Shown: piece after piece, positions 34,023-45,286 of the stretch
How positions within the stretch are numbered: the first letter of the stretch is position 1
How the letters are laid out: the number at the start of each line of letters is the position of its first letter
From: a virus
Length of the DNA: 52,347 bases
Direction: 5' to 3' (one strand)
Virus record (IMG/VR): IMGVR_UViG_3300020039_000013
Program-made: the position numbers and the translations under genes
The notes under the pieces: generated by a model
Told to the model about the DNA's origin: nothing
What the model saw: the letters and a program-made list of their open reading frames with translations, nothing else
Database searches by the model: none

Positions 34023-34402
34023 TAGTTCCATCGTCACTCACGGAAATATACGAACACGATTGCCCGTATTACATGGCTATCGGCATGACCTACGAACAAT
34101 ATTGGTATGGCGATCCGCTGATGGTGCGGGCATTTTACAAAGCGGAAAAACTACGCAAACAGCGCATGAATGAAGAAGCGTGGCTCTATGGCGTTTACTC
34201 CTATCGGGCGTTGGACGCCACGGTAGGAAATATGATGCGCAAGAAGGGCGCGCAACCCGCCGAATACCCGCAAAAGCCGATTGAAATGGAAAAACGGGAA
34301 GAGACCGACTTTGACAGGGAACAGCGGGAAGAACAAGAAGCGGTATACGCCAAAGCCTACATGACAAACATGGTTATGGCGGGGAAAAACTGGAAAAAGT
34401 AA
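33998..34402 (+). CDS. Frameshift extension of the tail assembly chaperone (gpGT-like C-terminal part; includes track ORF 34073..34402)
   Basis: The -1 frame has no stops between the slippery site and TAA at 34400-34402. No RBS before ATG 34073. Confidence 0.65.
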   Translation, partial: LPCDGGTVIVPSSLTEIYEHDCPYYMAIGMTYEQYWYGDPLMVRAFYKAEKLRKQRMNEEAWLYGVYSYRALDATVGNMMRKKGAQPAEYPQKPIEMEKREETDFDREQREEQEAVYAKAYMTNMVMAGKNWKK

Positions 34403-34415
34403 AGGAGGTGTGCCT

Positions 34416-36320
34416 ATGGACGAAATCACTACAACGAGATTAACCATTGAAATAGGTGCATCATCTAATGAAGCGGTAGAGCAACTTAATCAAGTATCCG
34501 ATGGTCTGCGGAATCTGCAAAAGTATTCCAAGCAAAACATTAAGATCAATTCCGATGATGTCAGCAAAGCCCACAAAAGAGTAAGTGCGCTTTCCAACAT
34601 TCTAAATTCTTTAAAACGAATTGCTTTTTACCGCGTTATCCGCAGCGCAATCAAGGCGGTCGGCGAAGCATTCAGCGAGGGCGCGGAAAATGCCTATTGG
34701 TACTCCAAGACAATGGGCGATTCTACACGTTATATCGCGGACGCTTACGACAATCTATCCTCTGGCAGTTTTAAAATGAGCAACCAGCTCGGCGCGGCAT
34801 GGGCAACGCTGAAAGCGACGATAACGCCCATTCTGATCGAAATCGTTAAACTTGTCACCCGCGCGGCTGCTGCCATTGCGCAATTTTTCGCCGTTCTCGG
34901 TGGCAGGAGTACATACCTGAAAGCCATCGACTACTCAAAGGCATGGGCCGACACCACGGCGGCAGGCGCGGGCGCGGCTAAAGAGTGGAAAAACCAGCTC
35001 ATGGGTTTTGACGAGATCAACCGACTTGAAGAACCGTCTGCCGGTGGTGGCGGTGGAGGTGCGGCACTTCCCGATTATGGAAGCATGTTTGAGGAGGCAG
35101 AATTGTCGGCGTGGACCGATAAAGTAAAAACGGCACTATCATGGGTTAAAGACCATCTTGATTTGATAAAAGCCGTTGCAATCGGCATAGGGGCGGCAAT
35201 TCTTGCATGGAAGCTGATTAATTTTTTAAACAATCTCTTCAAGATCGGTCTGTCGATGCAGCAAATTCTTGGCTTTGCCATTGCAATTGGAGGAGCAGTT
35301 GTTTATTCGCAAGGTTTTATTGATGCATGGAAAAACGGACCGGATTGGGACAATATTGCAGAAATGATAGGGGGCGTAACAGCCGCCGCAATCGGGCTTG
35401 GGCTTTCAATTGGCGGCGCAGCCGCAGGAATCGTGTTGCTTGTCGGCGGTATTGGAATGCTTGCAATCGGGTTAAAGCAATGGATTACTACCGGCACTTT
35501 ATCCACAAAAGCATTCTGGCTTATGGAGGCAGGAATCGTAGCTGTGGGCATAGGCATTTCCCTTCTGACCGGCTCGTGGATTCCGGCGATTGTGGCAGCG
35601 GCTGTAGGGATGGCGCTTGCAGTATACAACAATTGGGACAGCATCGTTCAAAAAACCAGCGAGTTGCGGGATAAGGTCGTTCAAAAATGGGATGAAATAA
35701 AAACAAACATCACAGCCAAAATAAACAGCATACGCACCGACATTTCCAACGGATGGACGCAGATGAAAAACAGCGTGGTTCAACGTGTTTCGGAAATGTG
35801 GAGCGGCGTTACCGAAAAGTGGGAAGGAATACGCAGTACCATTTCCGGGAAAATCTCCCAAATCAAAAATCTGCTTAATTTTTCCTGGTCTTTGCCGAAG
35901 CCAAAAATGCCGCACATTGATTGGTGGTGGCAGGATATAGGCGGGATATTGAGCATTCCGCGCTTTACCGTTTCGTGGTACGCGCAAGGCGGTATTGTTG
36001 ACGGCGCGACGCTGATCGGGGCCGGGGAAGCCGGAAAAGAAGCGATTATCCCGTTGGAGCGCAATACCGAGTGGATCGGTAAAGTGGCCGCTGAAATGAA
36101 CGCCATACAGTCCAGGCGCGGACAGACGGAAGCCAGAGAGGAAAGCATTGCGGACGGAATAGAGGACAGCGGCATTATTACCGTGCTTTATCAGATTTTG
36201 AGCGTTGCGCAGGACATTTCCCGCACGGACAGAGGCACCGGCAGCGCGGACTTCGATTCCTTTGTCCGCAGTGTTACAAGGGTCCAGAGGCAGCAGGCCA
36301 GAGCTGCCGGGACAGTATAA
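34416..36320 (+). CDS. Tape measure protein
   Basis: 634 aa, helical with Gly/Ala-rich hydrophobic segments, position after the chaperones. ATG after AAGGAGG. Confidence 0.85.
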   Translation: MDEITTTRLTIEIGASSNEAVEQLNQVSDGLRNLQKYSKQNIKINSDDVSKAHKRVSALSNILNSLKRIAFYRVIRSAIKAVGEAFSEGAENAYWYSKTMGDSTRYIADAYDNLSSGSFKMSNQLGAAWATLKATITPILIEIVKLVTRAAAAIAQFFAVLGGRSTYLKAIDYSKAWADTTAAGAGAAKEWKNQLMGFDEINRLEEPSAGGGGGGAALPDYGSMFEEAELSAWTDKVKTALSWVKDHLDLIKAVAIGIGAAILAWKLINFLNNLFKIGLSMQQILGFAIAIGGAVVYSQGFIDAWKNGPDWDNIAEMIGGVTAAAIGLGLSIGGAAAGIVLLVGGIGMLAIGLKQWITTGTLSTKAFWLMEAGIVAVGIGISLLTGSWIPAIVAAAVGMALAVYNNWDSIVQKTSELRDKVVQKWDEIKTNITAKINSIRTDISNGWTQMKNSVVQRVSEMWSGVTEKWEGIRSTISGKISQIKNLLNFSWSLPKPKMPHIDWWWQDIGGILSIPRFTVSWYAQGGIVDGATLIGAGEAGKEAIIPLERNTEWIGKVAAEMNAIQSRRGQTEAREESIADGIEDSGIITVLYQILSVAQDISRTDRGTGSADFDSFVRSVTRVQRQQARAAGTV

Positions 36321-36335
36321 AAAAGGGGCGCGTTT

Positions 36336-36698
36336 ATGGTTTTGACGATCAACGGCATAGACATGACCCCTTTTATTGCAAACCGGGGGCTGAAGTGGCA
36401 AAGAAACGACCTTGACGGCGCGGACGCGGGCAGAACTATGGACGGCACCATGCACCGCATGAGAGTGGCAACAAAAATCCGAATGGATATCACTTGCCGC
36501 CCGCTGAAAAGCACGGAGCTGGCTACGGTGTTGAACACGATTTACCCCGAATATGTGACCGTCACTTACGACGACCCTATGTACGGCAGAGTGACAAAGC
36601 AGATGTATTCCAACAACAACCCGGCGAGCTTCCTTATAAAAAAATCGGATGGCGCCGAGTTGTGGGACGGCGTGACATTTCCGCTGGTGGAAAGGTAA
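36336..36698 (+). CDS. Distal-tail-like small tail protein
   Basis: Position between the tape measure and the large tail protein. Confidence 0.45.
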   Translation: MVLTINGIDMTPFIANRGLKWQRNDLDGADAGRTMDGTMHRMRVATKIRMDITCRPLKSTELATVLNTIYPEYVTVTYDDPMYGRVTKQMYSNNNPASFLIKKSDGAELWDGVTFPLVER

Positions 36699-36701
36699 AA
36701 A

Positions 36702-39329
36702 ATGAAAAAAACATCTAATCTTTACAGATTTCTCCGTGGAAAAACCGGGAGCAAGTATGACGTGCAGGTAATTCAGGGAGGAAATGTATATGGCACGGAT
36801 GTCCTGAAAAAAATCAAAATCGCTCCCGCCCTGTTTGAAGGAAACGGACCGAGCATCGGCAACACCAACAGCACGCAATGCAATCTGACGCTAAGGCTGG
36901 ATTCCGGTGTATGGCCGCGCGCGGCTGAATTCAAGGTGCGGGTGCGGCTTGTGTCCGATGACGGATTGCAACAGTCCGAATGGCTGGATATGGGCACATT
37001 TTACACCGACGAGCGCAGCAAGACCAAAGGCGGAGATCTGAACATTATCGCTTTTGACGCGATGCTGAAAACAGAAACGAGCTGGACGGACAAGGTAACG
37101 CTGCCGGACAACTGGCCCATTACGGCGCGGGCGGCGGCGAATCTGATATCCACGGCAACGGGGATCGAGATCGAATCCATTTCCGAGCTGGACAACACGG
37201 TAGCCTTTGTGGGGCTTGATACGGCGTCAACGGCGCGGGAAGGGCTGGGCACTATCGCGGCGGGGCTGGGCGGCAACTGGAACATCAGCGCGGAAAACAA
37301 ACTGCGTCTTGTCCGTATGCAAAACTATTCCCCCGCCGCCAGACCCAATCTGCTGGACGGCGCAAATGATTTTACCGGGTGGCAGCTTGCTTTAAGCGAC
37401 CAATACTCCGGGTTAACCATCACCGTGGACCCGGATGAGCACTCTGTTGAATGGGTAAACAACACGGGGCTCGTTCAAATAGGCAGGGCAAGCACACCGT
37501 TTTTATCCCTTTTGCCAAATACGGAATATACTCTTTCTTTTCTTGTGCGGTGCGTTAGACCAAGCCGATATTACCCAGGCGTTATTTATGTGTCTTACAA
37601 AGACAAAAACGGAGTGATGCATTCGCTCGCGCAAGAGGACATACCATCGGCGGGCGTTACATCGGAATGGGGACATTTCAGTTTTACTTTCACAAGCGGC
37701 ACGGAAGACGAAAGCAAATCCGTGATAATTACTATCGTTCCGCCAGATTCATCCCCGCAGCCGACATACATGGGACTGAAAAACGTAAAGCTGGAGCTGG
37801 GAGATACCGCAACAGCGTGGAACAACGGCGACGTTCCTGACCCATATGCCGATATCGGCATGAACATGATGGATTTTTCGGACAGCCCCGCACTCTCGCC
37901 GGTGAGCGGCGTTGAACTGGAAACCTACGAAGGGGACAGCGCAGCAGCGGGAAATTCCACCGGGACGGTCATTAAGGCGGCCTGTAATTTCTCCAACAGC
38001 GGAGTCGCTGCCCTGGCGTTGGCAAATCTAACAGGATATGTATATAAGCCGTTTAACGCGACGGGCGCATTGCTCGACCCGGCAGCGGAAATAGGCGATT
38101 ATGTATACATCGACGGGGAGTATTACCAGATATGCCGCATCGAATGGAACATCAACACGTCTGTAACGGCTGGCATCGCGGCGGAGTATGAGGCGGAAAT
38201 CGAGCACGAATATGTTGTTTCCATGACCCCCGCGCAAGCGCTGAAAAAGGCGCTGAATTCCACGGACGAAAAACTGGAAAGCTATTCCACCACCGTCCAG
38301 ATGAACAGCGCCATTCAGCAGAGTGCATCCAACATTACAAGCACGGTGGGCAAGACGATAAAGGAAGTCGCCGGTGGCAATCTGCTGGTGGGCACGGGTG
38401 ATTTCTCCGGTTGGCGCTTTTGGACAAGCACCGCAGCCACGCACAGCGTTGACGCCGCCAATCATCAAGTGGATATTACCGTTCCGGCTGCAAGCAGTTC
38501 CGGCGTATTTTACGCTGACGCGCTCGAACTCGAACCTGGACAGACCTACACATTTTCTTGCTATGCCAAAAAAGCGGGAAGCGTTGGCAGTTTTGGAGTA
38601 GGCATTTATAACGCATCGGCGATTTCCGACGCATATAATCTGTATTTCGGGTCAAGTGATTTTGATACCGAATGGGGAAAAATATCAGGTCAATTTACAG
38701 CTGCGGCGGTTGTAAACGGTCCATATCGGGTTCATCTCAATCTGTATACCGATTCAAACTTCGATACCCCGGCAACATTGAGTTTGAAAGAGATTAAAAT
38801 CGAAAAAGGCACCTTGGCAACGGACTGGACGCCCTCCTGGGAGGACAAGACCACCAGCACGGAAATCATCAGCACCATTAACCAGAGCGCAGAACAAATC
38901 ACCATTGACGCCAGCAAGGTCAACCTGAACGGGTATGTGACGGTGACAAATCTGAGCACAAGCGGAAACACTGTTATCAACGGGGACAATATCAAGACAG
39001 GGAGAATACAAAGTGTAGATGGCGATACATATTTTGATTTGAGCGCCGGCGTTATAAGGGCGTATAGCGAGGACGCAAAAACACTTGTAGTCGTAGGAAA
39101 TATATATAACGCCGCAGCGAATTCATATCAGGTTCTTTCTATGTACTATGTTGACCCAGGCGGAAGCGAAATATATAAAGGCGGGGTTTCTTTTGCGGGT
39201 TCGCCAAACGACGCTTTGCCAACGCTCAATTTTGCGCATACAAACTTTGGCGTAAACGGGATAGACCTTTACGGAACAGAATGGGTATACGACGCGAATT
39301 TGGGGAGATATGTACTTTGCCGGATATGA
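36702..39329 (+). CDS. Large tail/baseplate protein with two internal jelly-roll (carbohydrate-binding-module-like) domains; probable receptor-binding protein
   Basis: 875 aa. Two related segments begin NLLDGANDFTGW... and NLLVGTGDFSGW..., and end LKNVKLELGDTATAW and LKEIKIEKGTLATDW. Confidence 0.6.
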   Translation: MKKTSNLYRFLRGKTGSKYDVQVIQGGNVYGTDVLKKIKIAPALFEGNGPSIGNTNSTQCNLTLRLDSGVWPRAAEFKVRVRLVSDDGLQQSEWLDMGTFYTDERSKTKGGDLNIIAFDAMLKTETSWTDKVTLPDNWPITARAAANLISTATGIEIESISELDNTVAFVGLDTASTAREGLGTIAAGLGGNWNISAENKLRLVRMQNYSPAARPNLLDGANDFTGWQLALSDQYSGLTITVDPDEHSVEWVNNTGLVQIGRASTPFLSLLPNTEYTLSFLVRCVRPSRYYPGVIYVSYKDKNGVMHSLAQEDIPSAGVTSEWGHFSFTFTSGTEDESKSVIITIVPPDSSPQPTYMGLKNVKLELGDTATAWNNGDVPDPYADIGMNMMDFSDSPALSPVSGVELETYEGDSAAAGNSTGTVIKAACNFSNSGVAALALANLTGYVYKPFNATGALLDPAAEIGDYVYIDGEYYQICRIEWNINTSVTAGIAAEYEAEIEHEYVVSMTPAQALKKALNSTDEKLESYSTTVQMNSAIQQSASNITSTVGKTIKEVAGGNLLVGTGDFSGWRFWTSTAATHSVDAANHQVDITVPAASSSGVFYADALELEPGQTYTFSCYAKKAGSVGSFGVGIYNASAISDAYNLYFGSSDFDTEWGKISGQFTAAAVVNGPYRVHLNLYTDSNFDTPATLSLKEIKIEKGTLATDWTPSWEDKTTSTEIISTINQSAEQITIDASKVNLNGYVTVTNLSTSGNTVINGDNIKTGRIQSVDGDTYFDLSAGVIRAYSEDAKTLVVVGNIYNAAANSYQVLSMYYVDPGGSEIYKGGVSFAGSPNDALPTLNFAHTNFGVNGIDLYGTEWVYDANLGRYVLCRI

Positions 39330-39361
39330 AGAGCCGGTTATCACAGTAACGAGGTAAAACC

Positions 39362-40222
39362 ATGAATTTTATCGACATTGCATCCTGGCAAAAGGGAATC
39401 GATCTCGCGGCTCTGTTTGCTCAAAACGAACTTGACGGGGTAATAGTCAAGGCCACCGAGGGAACGGGCTATGTCAACCCGGAATTCAAGGGCTGGGCCG
39501 ATTGGCTCCGGGCGAACAACAAGCCGATGGGTGTATATCATTACTGCATCGGGGACGACCCCACAGCGGAGGCAGAGTATTTTTATAACGCCATCAAAGA
39601 TTATCTTGGCTGTTTTGTACCCTGTGCGGATTACGAATCCCCCGCGACGGACAAGGGTACGGTCTGGCTGAAACAGTTTCTTGACGCTTTTCAGTCTCTG
39701 ACCGGGATAAAGTGCCTTGTGTACGCATCCCTCTATGTTGTCCGGTCACAGGATTTTTCTGCAATCGCCGCTGACGGCTATAAGCTCTGGCTGGCGCAGT
39801 ATGCGGACATGAACCCCACGGGCTTTGTGGAACATCCCTGGCAGGATGGAAGCGTGGCTCCGTTCCGTGGCTTTGTCATGCAGCAGTATTCCTCCAACGG
39901 ACAGTTGAACAGCTGGAACGGCAATCTGGATTTAGATTTGTTTTACGGGACGTCGGATGACTGGAAAGCTCTGTGCGGGAAAACGGAACAGCCGCCCGAA
40001 ACGCTCAAACCCGCAGACCCGGTCATTGTTGCGGCTGTGCTTGCCAACGAGTACGGCACGGGGAAAGACCGCTCGGCCAAACTCCGCGCGGCGGGGTATG
40101 ACCCGGAGAGCGTGCAGAAGAAAATAAACGAGCTATACGGCGTTGCCCTGTCCTGTAAAAAGAAATGCGAGGGCAACATGGAGTACATCAATTCCATTGT
40201 TAAAATCATGCGGCTTTTGTAA
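39362..40222 (+). CDS. Endolysin: GH25 muramidase with a C-terminal Cpl-7-like (CW_7) wall-binding repeat
   Basis: FIDIASWQKGIDL...GVIVKATEGTGYVNPEF...GVYHY for GH25. C-terminal VLANEYGTGKDRSAKLRAAGYDPESVQKKINELYG. Confidence 0.85.
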   Translation: MNFIDIASWQKGIDLAALFAQNELDGVIVKATEGTGYVNPEFKGWADWLRANNKPMGVYHYCIGDDPTAEAEYFYNAIKDYLGCFVPCADYESPATDKGTVWLKQFLDAFQSLTGIKCLVYASLYVVRSQDFSAIAADGYKLWLAQYADMNPTGFVEHPWQDGSVAPFRGFVMQQYSSNGQLNSWNGNLDLDLFYGTSDDWKALCGKTEQPPETLKPADPVIVAAVLANEYGTGKDRSAKLRAAGYDPESVQKKINELYGVALSCKKKCEGNMEYINSIVKIMRLL

Positions 40223-40236
40223 AGGAGGCACATAAA

Positions 40237-40443
40237 ATGAGCGATTGGCTGGAGCGAACGATCAAAACCTTTGTACAGGCGTTTTTCGGCGTAGTGATCC
40301 CGGAGCTGTGCATTGTGCTGTCAGGCGGTTTCCCGGAAAAATGGTCCGCGCTGTGGGGCGTGCTTGCGCCTGTCGTTTCCGCCGCTCTGTCCGCTGCAAT
40401 CTGCGCGGCATGGAACATTATCAAAGAGCGGCTGGATGGATGA
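40237..40443 (+). CDS. Holin
   Basis: 68 aa with two hydrophobic helices, N-terminal RTIKTFVQAFFG pattern, directly after the endolysin. Confidence 0.6.
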   Translation: MSDWLERTIKTFVQAFFGVVIPELCIVLSGGFPEKWSALWGVLAPVVSAALSAAICAAWNIIKERLDG

Positions 40444-40462
40444 AAAATAAGGAGAGGCAGAC

Positions 40463-40756
40463 ATGAGCGACGCGGTAATCGTCGCCCTTATCACGGTAAC
40501 GGCCAACATCATTATTCAGGTGGTGTTGGCCGGAGCGCAAAGCAAAGACCTCCTGGCAAAACTGCAAGCGGAAAGCCAGCTCAACGACGCGAAACTGGAC
40601 GCCAAACTGGAGAAGTTTCAGGCTGTGCAAATCGAGCGCGTAGATGAGTTGAGCCGCCGTGTGGAAAAGCACAATCAGGTGGTGGAGCGGACTTATGCTT
40701 TGGAAGAAAAAGTAGGGCGGCACGACGAACAGCTAAAAACACTTTTTAACAAGTGA
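40463..40756 (+). CDS. N-terminally membrane-anchored coiled-coil protein (lysis accessory?)
   Basis: TM helix VIVALITVTANIIIQVVLAG followed by a helical region. Located in the lysis cassette. Confidence 0.45.
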   Translation: MSDAVIVALITVTANIIIQVVLAGAQSKDLLAKLQAESQLNDAKLDAKLEKFQAVQIERVDELSRRVEKHNQVVERTYALEEKVGRHDEQLKTLFNK

Positions 40757-40764
40757 GGATGAAT

Positions 40765-41022
40765 ATGGCGGAGAAAGAGAGAAGCCAGTATACCTTGGAC
40801 ATTTGGGCGGCCATGGTCGAGCGGACAATCAAGAAACTGTGGTGCATCATTATTTTGCTTATCGCGCTTTTGTTTGGAAGCAATGCGGCGTGGATATGGT
40901 ATGAAAGCCAGTTTGCCGATGAAGTCATCACACAGGAAGTCGAGCAAAACGCCGATAACGGAATCAACAGATTTGTAGGCGGTGATTACTATGGCACACC
41001 AGAGGATCAGAATAACGATTAG
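40765..41022 (+). CDS. Small membrane protein
   Basis: ATG 5 nt after GAGGA. TM helix [21 protein letters not shown]. Confidence 0.5.
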   Translation: MAEKERSQYTLDIWAAMVERTIKKLWCIIILLIALLFGSNAAWIWYESQFADEVITQEVEQNADNGINRFVGGDYYGTPEDQNND

Positions 41023-41116
41023 ACGGCGCACCAGAAAACACGGCGGCAACACGGGCTACAAGAAGTGCCCCAACTGCGGCGGCGACGGTGTGGTTAAAGT
41101 CCGCAAGAAAAAGTAA
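40991..41116 (+). CDS. Very basic 41-aa peptide with CPNCGG motif
   Basis: [41 protein letters not shown]. Overlaps the upstream gene by 32 nt. Weak RBS. Confidence 0.3.
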   Translation: MAHQRIRITIRRRTRKHGGNTGYKKCPNCGGDGVVKVRKKK

Positions 41117-41129
41117 GGGAGCGGTTACG

Positions 41130-42680
<1,551 letters not shown>

Positions 42681-42694
42681 AAGGAGGATTCATC

Positions 42695-42952
42695 ATGTTT
42701 TCTGTTCACGATTTTATCATGGAGACCCTGCATGGAATGGTAGGCCACTACCCGGATTTCCAGGTACGGGAGTACGCTCTCAACTGGTACGGCAAGGGCA
42801 AGCTCAACGAGGACGACCTTGCCATTGTGGAAACGTGGCTGAATCCCACGCCGGTGGAGGAAACTGAGCCGGAGGGCGAGGAAGCCCCCGAAGAGGAATC
42901 CGAAGAGCAGGAAACAGAACATGACCCTTTGGGCAATTATGTTCTTCTTTAA
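42695..42952 (+). CDS. Hypothetical protein with an acidic C-terminal tail (possibly XkdX-like)
   Basis: AAGGAGG RBS, position after the fibre gene. Confidence 0.45.
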   Translation: MFSVHDFIMETLHGMVGHYPDFQVREYALNWYGKGKLNEDDLAIVETWLNPTPVEETEPEGEEAPEEESEEQETEHDPLGNYVLL

Positions 42953-43013
42953 TTAGCCGCGTCTTTTAAATCAAAAGCAGAAAGGAGAGATAAAAACGCT
43001 CCCTGATTTTGAG

Positions 43014-43799
43014 ATGATTCAGCACCAGTTTTTGGGCGGTCAAGACATTACCATCATTCCCATATCCGACGTGCATCTTGGCTCGGAGGAATGTATGGAA
43101 CAAAGGTTTATAGAGTTTATCGAGACGGTAAAAAACACGCCGAACACTTACCTTACATTGGGCGGGGATTTGATAGATAATGGCACCCGATCCGGGGTCA
43201 GCAACATATTCCGCGCAACCATGCCGCCGAGCCAGCAGAAGAAAGAAATGGCGAATATCCTGTCAGAAGTGCGAGACCGTATTTTGTGTTTCGTCCCCGG
43301 AAACCATGAACGGCGCAGCGGGAAAGACGCGGACGACGACCCATGCTACGATATTGCTGCCAAACTCGACCTTGAACATCTGTACCGCGAAAATATAGCT
43401 TTTCTGAAAATACAGCTGGGCAAGAGGAACCGGGAAAACGGCACAATTGCTTCAGGGGATGAGCGCCCCACGTATATCCTCACTGTAACGCACGGCGCTG
43501 GCGGAGGTATTCTGACTGGTGCGGCCGTGAACCGAAACGAGAGATTTGCATGCGTTCTGGACGGGTGCGACGCACTGATCATAGGCCATACGCATAAACC
43601 GTTTACTACGCAGCCGGGGAAGATTTTTATTGACCCGCGCAACAACAAAGTATCTGTCAAGCCGTTCAAGGTGATTTCTTCGACGAGCTGGCTGGAATAC
43701 GGAGGGTACGCGGCGCAAAAGATGTTATTGCCGTCCACACACTGCTTGCAGACGCTGACATTAAAGGGCGACCACAAAGAAATGTCGGTGACGATGTGA
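43014..43799 (+). CDS. Calcineurin-like metallophosphoesterase
   Basis: ISDVHLG, GGDLIDN, GNHE and IIGHTH motifs in canonical order. Confidence 0.8.
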   Translation: MIQHQFLGGQDITIIPISDVHLGSEECMEQRFIEFIETVKNTPNTYLTLGGDLIDNGTRSGVSNIFRATMPPSQQKKEMANILSEVRDRILCFVPGNHERRSGKDADDDPCYDIAAKLDLEHLYRENIAFLKIQLGKRNRENGTIASGDERPTYILTVTHGAGGGILTGAAVNRNERFACVLDGCDALIIGHTHKPFTTQPGKIFIDPRNNKVSVKPFKVISSTSWLEYGGYAAQKMLLPSTHCLQTLTLKGDHKEMSVTM

Positions 43800-43993
43800 A
43801 GGAGTACACCAACAGCCAAATCGCCGCGCTGATCGACGAGCACATCCACAATTGCCGTGACCGGGACATACTCAAATCCCGTTATATTGATGGCTTGACA
43901 TACGAGCGATTAGCGGAAAAATACGACCTATCCACGCAGCGCGTGAAAACTATTGTTTATAAGTCCCAGCAAAAGTTGATACGCTATCTCTGA
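43796..43993 (+). CDS. Small sigma-70 region-4-like HTH protein (possible late regulator)
   Basis: RDILKSRYIDGLTYERLAEKYDLSTQRVKTIVYKSQQKL resembles sigma region 4 / LuxR-type HTH. Confidence 0.55.
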   Translation: MKEYTNSQIAALIDEHIHNCRDRDILKSRYIDGLTYERLAEKYDLSTQRVKTIVYKSQQKLIRYL

Positions 43994-44016
43994 AAGATAG
44001 CCGAAAAGAGTACAAA

Positions 44017-44057
44017 AGACGACCCGTTGATTGATTTCGACAGGCCGTCTTTTTTTA
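44017..44057 (+). terminator. Rho-independent terminator ending the late operon
   Basis: AGACGACC pairs with GGCCGTCT (one mismatch), followed by TTTTTTT. Confidence 0.65.
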
Positions 44058-44078
44058 TACACTTTTGCCAGAAAGAAG

Positions 44079-44201
44079 GTGCGCCGATTGGGTAGTTATG
44101 ATAACGACTGGCTGTTTTTGGACGACGATTTGTTTTGCGTCTGGTTTGAGAACGACATCTGCGAAAACGAGCGGAACGAAGAGCCGGAGGAACCCGACTG
44201 A
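44079..44201 (+). CDS. Small acidic peptide (40 aa)
   Basis: GTG after AGAAAGAAGG. Its stop overlaps ATG 44201 (TGATG). Confidence 0.3.
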   Translation: MRRLGSYDNDWLFLDDDLFCVWFENDICENERNEEPEEPD

Positions 44202-44587
44202 TGCCGTGGGAGATGTACGAGCCGAACCCGGTCAGAACGGGGGCTATTGATTGCTCTACACGGGCTTTGGCAAAAGCGCTGGATATCTCTTGGGAACGGG
44301 CCTATCTTCTCAAATCCGTAAATGGGTTCCTCATGGGTAATGAGGGCGTAGCGGACGAAGTATGGGGAAGCGTTCTTAGGCAACATGGGTTTACACGACA
44401 TGTCGTTCCTGACACATGCCCTGATTGCTACACAATTGAGGACTTTTGCGCCGATCACCCGGAGGGTACATATGTGGTCAAAAGCGACGAACATGTAGCA
44501 ACAATCGTCGATGGCATACTCTATGATTCTTGGCCCTCACAAGGTAAAACAGTAATTTTCTACTGGACAAACAGAAAGGATGAATAA
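44201..44587 (+). CDS. Hypothetical protein with a possible Cys/His/Asp peptidase-like triad
   Basis: GAIDCSTRALAKAL near the N-terminus and EHVATIVDGILYDSW near the C-terminus. A family I recall from phages, function unknown. Confidence 0.5.
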   Translation: MPWEMYEPNPVRTGAIDCSTRALAKALDISWERAYLLKSVNGFLMGNEGVADEVWGSVLRQHGFTRHVVPDTCPDCYTIEDFCADHPEGTYVVKSDEHVATIVDGILYDSWPSQGKTVIFYWTNRKDE

Positions 44588-44589
44588 AC

Positions 44590-45099
44590 ATGGCCTATCC
44601 GTACAACTCTTATCAAAACCCTTATCAGTATTACCCCGTGTATCAGCAACCGCAGTATCAGCAACCGCAACAGCCTGTTCAACAGAGCGTTCAGCAGACG
44701 CCACCCGTGTATTCAAGCGGAATTATTTGGGTATCCGGCCTAATGGAAGCCCAAGCCTATCCAATCGCCCCTAATAACGCAGTTGCTCTTTGGGCGAAAG
44801 ACGGTAAGACGATATATCTCAAACAGGCAGATGCTACAGGTAAGCCCACCATGACCGTGTATGACCTCGTAGAACGCGCTGAGAGCGCTTCTAACGACGG
44901 GCAAGGCGCAGGGGATAAATCAACCGCCTATGCCACCAAAGACGAACTGAGCGCAGTTGTCGGCGTCGTGAAGGGCTTTGACGAGCTTATAGGTAGCATC
45001 AAGTCTGACATTGACACTATGAAAACCGATATGTACGGCGCTGTAAGCAAGCGGCGCGTGTCGAAAAAGGCTGTGGAGGCGGCAGAAGATGATGAATAA
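44590..45099 (+). CDS. Protein with a Q/Y/P-rich low-complexity N-terminus
   Basis: MAYPYNSYQNPYQYYPVYQQPQYQQPQQPVQQSVQQTPPVY, then a globular part. Good RBS. Confidence 0.6.
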   Translation: MAYPYNSYQNPYQYYPVYQQPQYQQPQQPVQQSVQQTPPVYSSGIIWVSGLMEAQAYPIAPNNAVALWAKDGKTIYLKQADATGKPTMTVYDLVERAESASNDGQGAGDKSTAYATKDELSAVVGVVKGFDELIGSIKSDIDTMKTDMYGAVSKRRVSKKAVEAAEDDE

Positions 45100-45286
45100 T
45101 CCCATGCAGATGCTTCAAGCCCTCAAAAGCAATCCCGTACAGTTTTTGATGCAGAGGAAGTTCAATATCCCCGCGAACATGGCAAGCGACCCAAACGCTA
45201 TCATTCAGCACTTGCTTTCCACAAACCAAATCAGCCAAGAGCAAGTCAACCGCGCCTATCAGCAGATAGGACAGTTCAAAAGATAA
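45089..45286 (+). CDS. Small helical hypothetical protein
   Basis: ORF track, GGAGG RBS. Confidence 0.5.
   Translation: MMNNPMQMLQALKSNPVQFLMQRKFNIPANMASDPNAIIQHLLSTNQISQEQVNRAYQQIGQFKR

Noticed and set aside
35499-36878. 459-aa minus-strand ORF
   Set aside because: It lies antisense to the tape measure and distal tail genes. It is Arg/His/Pro-rich with no RBS, typical of a spurious antisense ORF in GC-balanced coding DNA. The same reasoning applies to 13747..14454, 18436..19239, 7185..7766, 7658..8254, 27183..27842, 33249..34037 and 51043..51657 on the minus strand.
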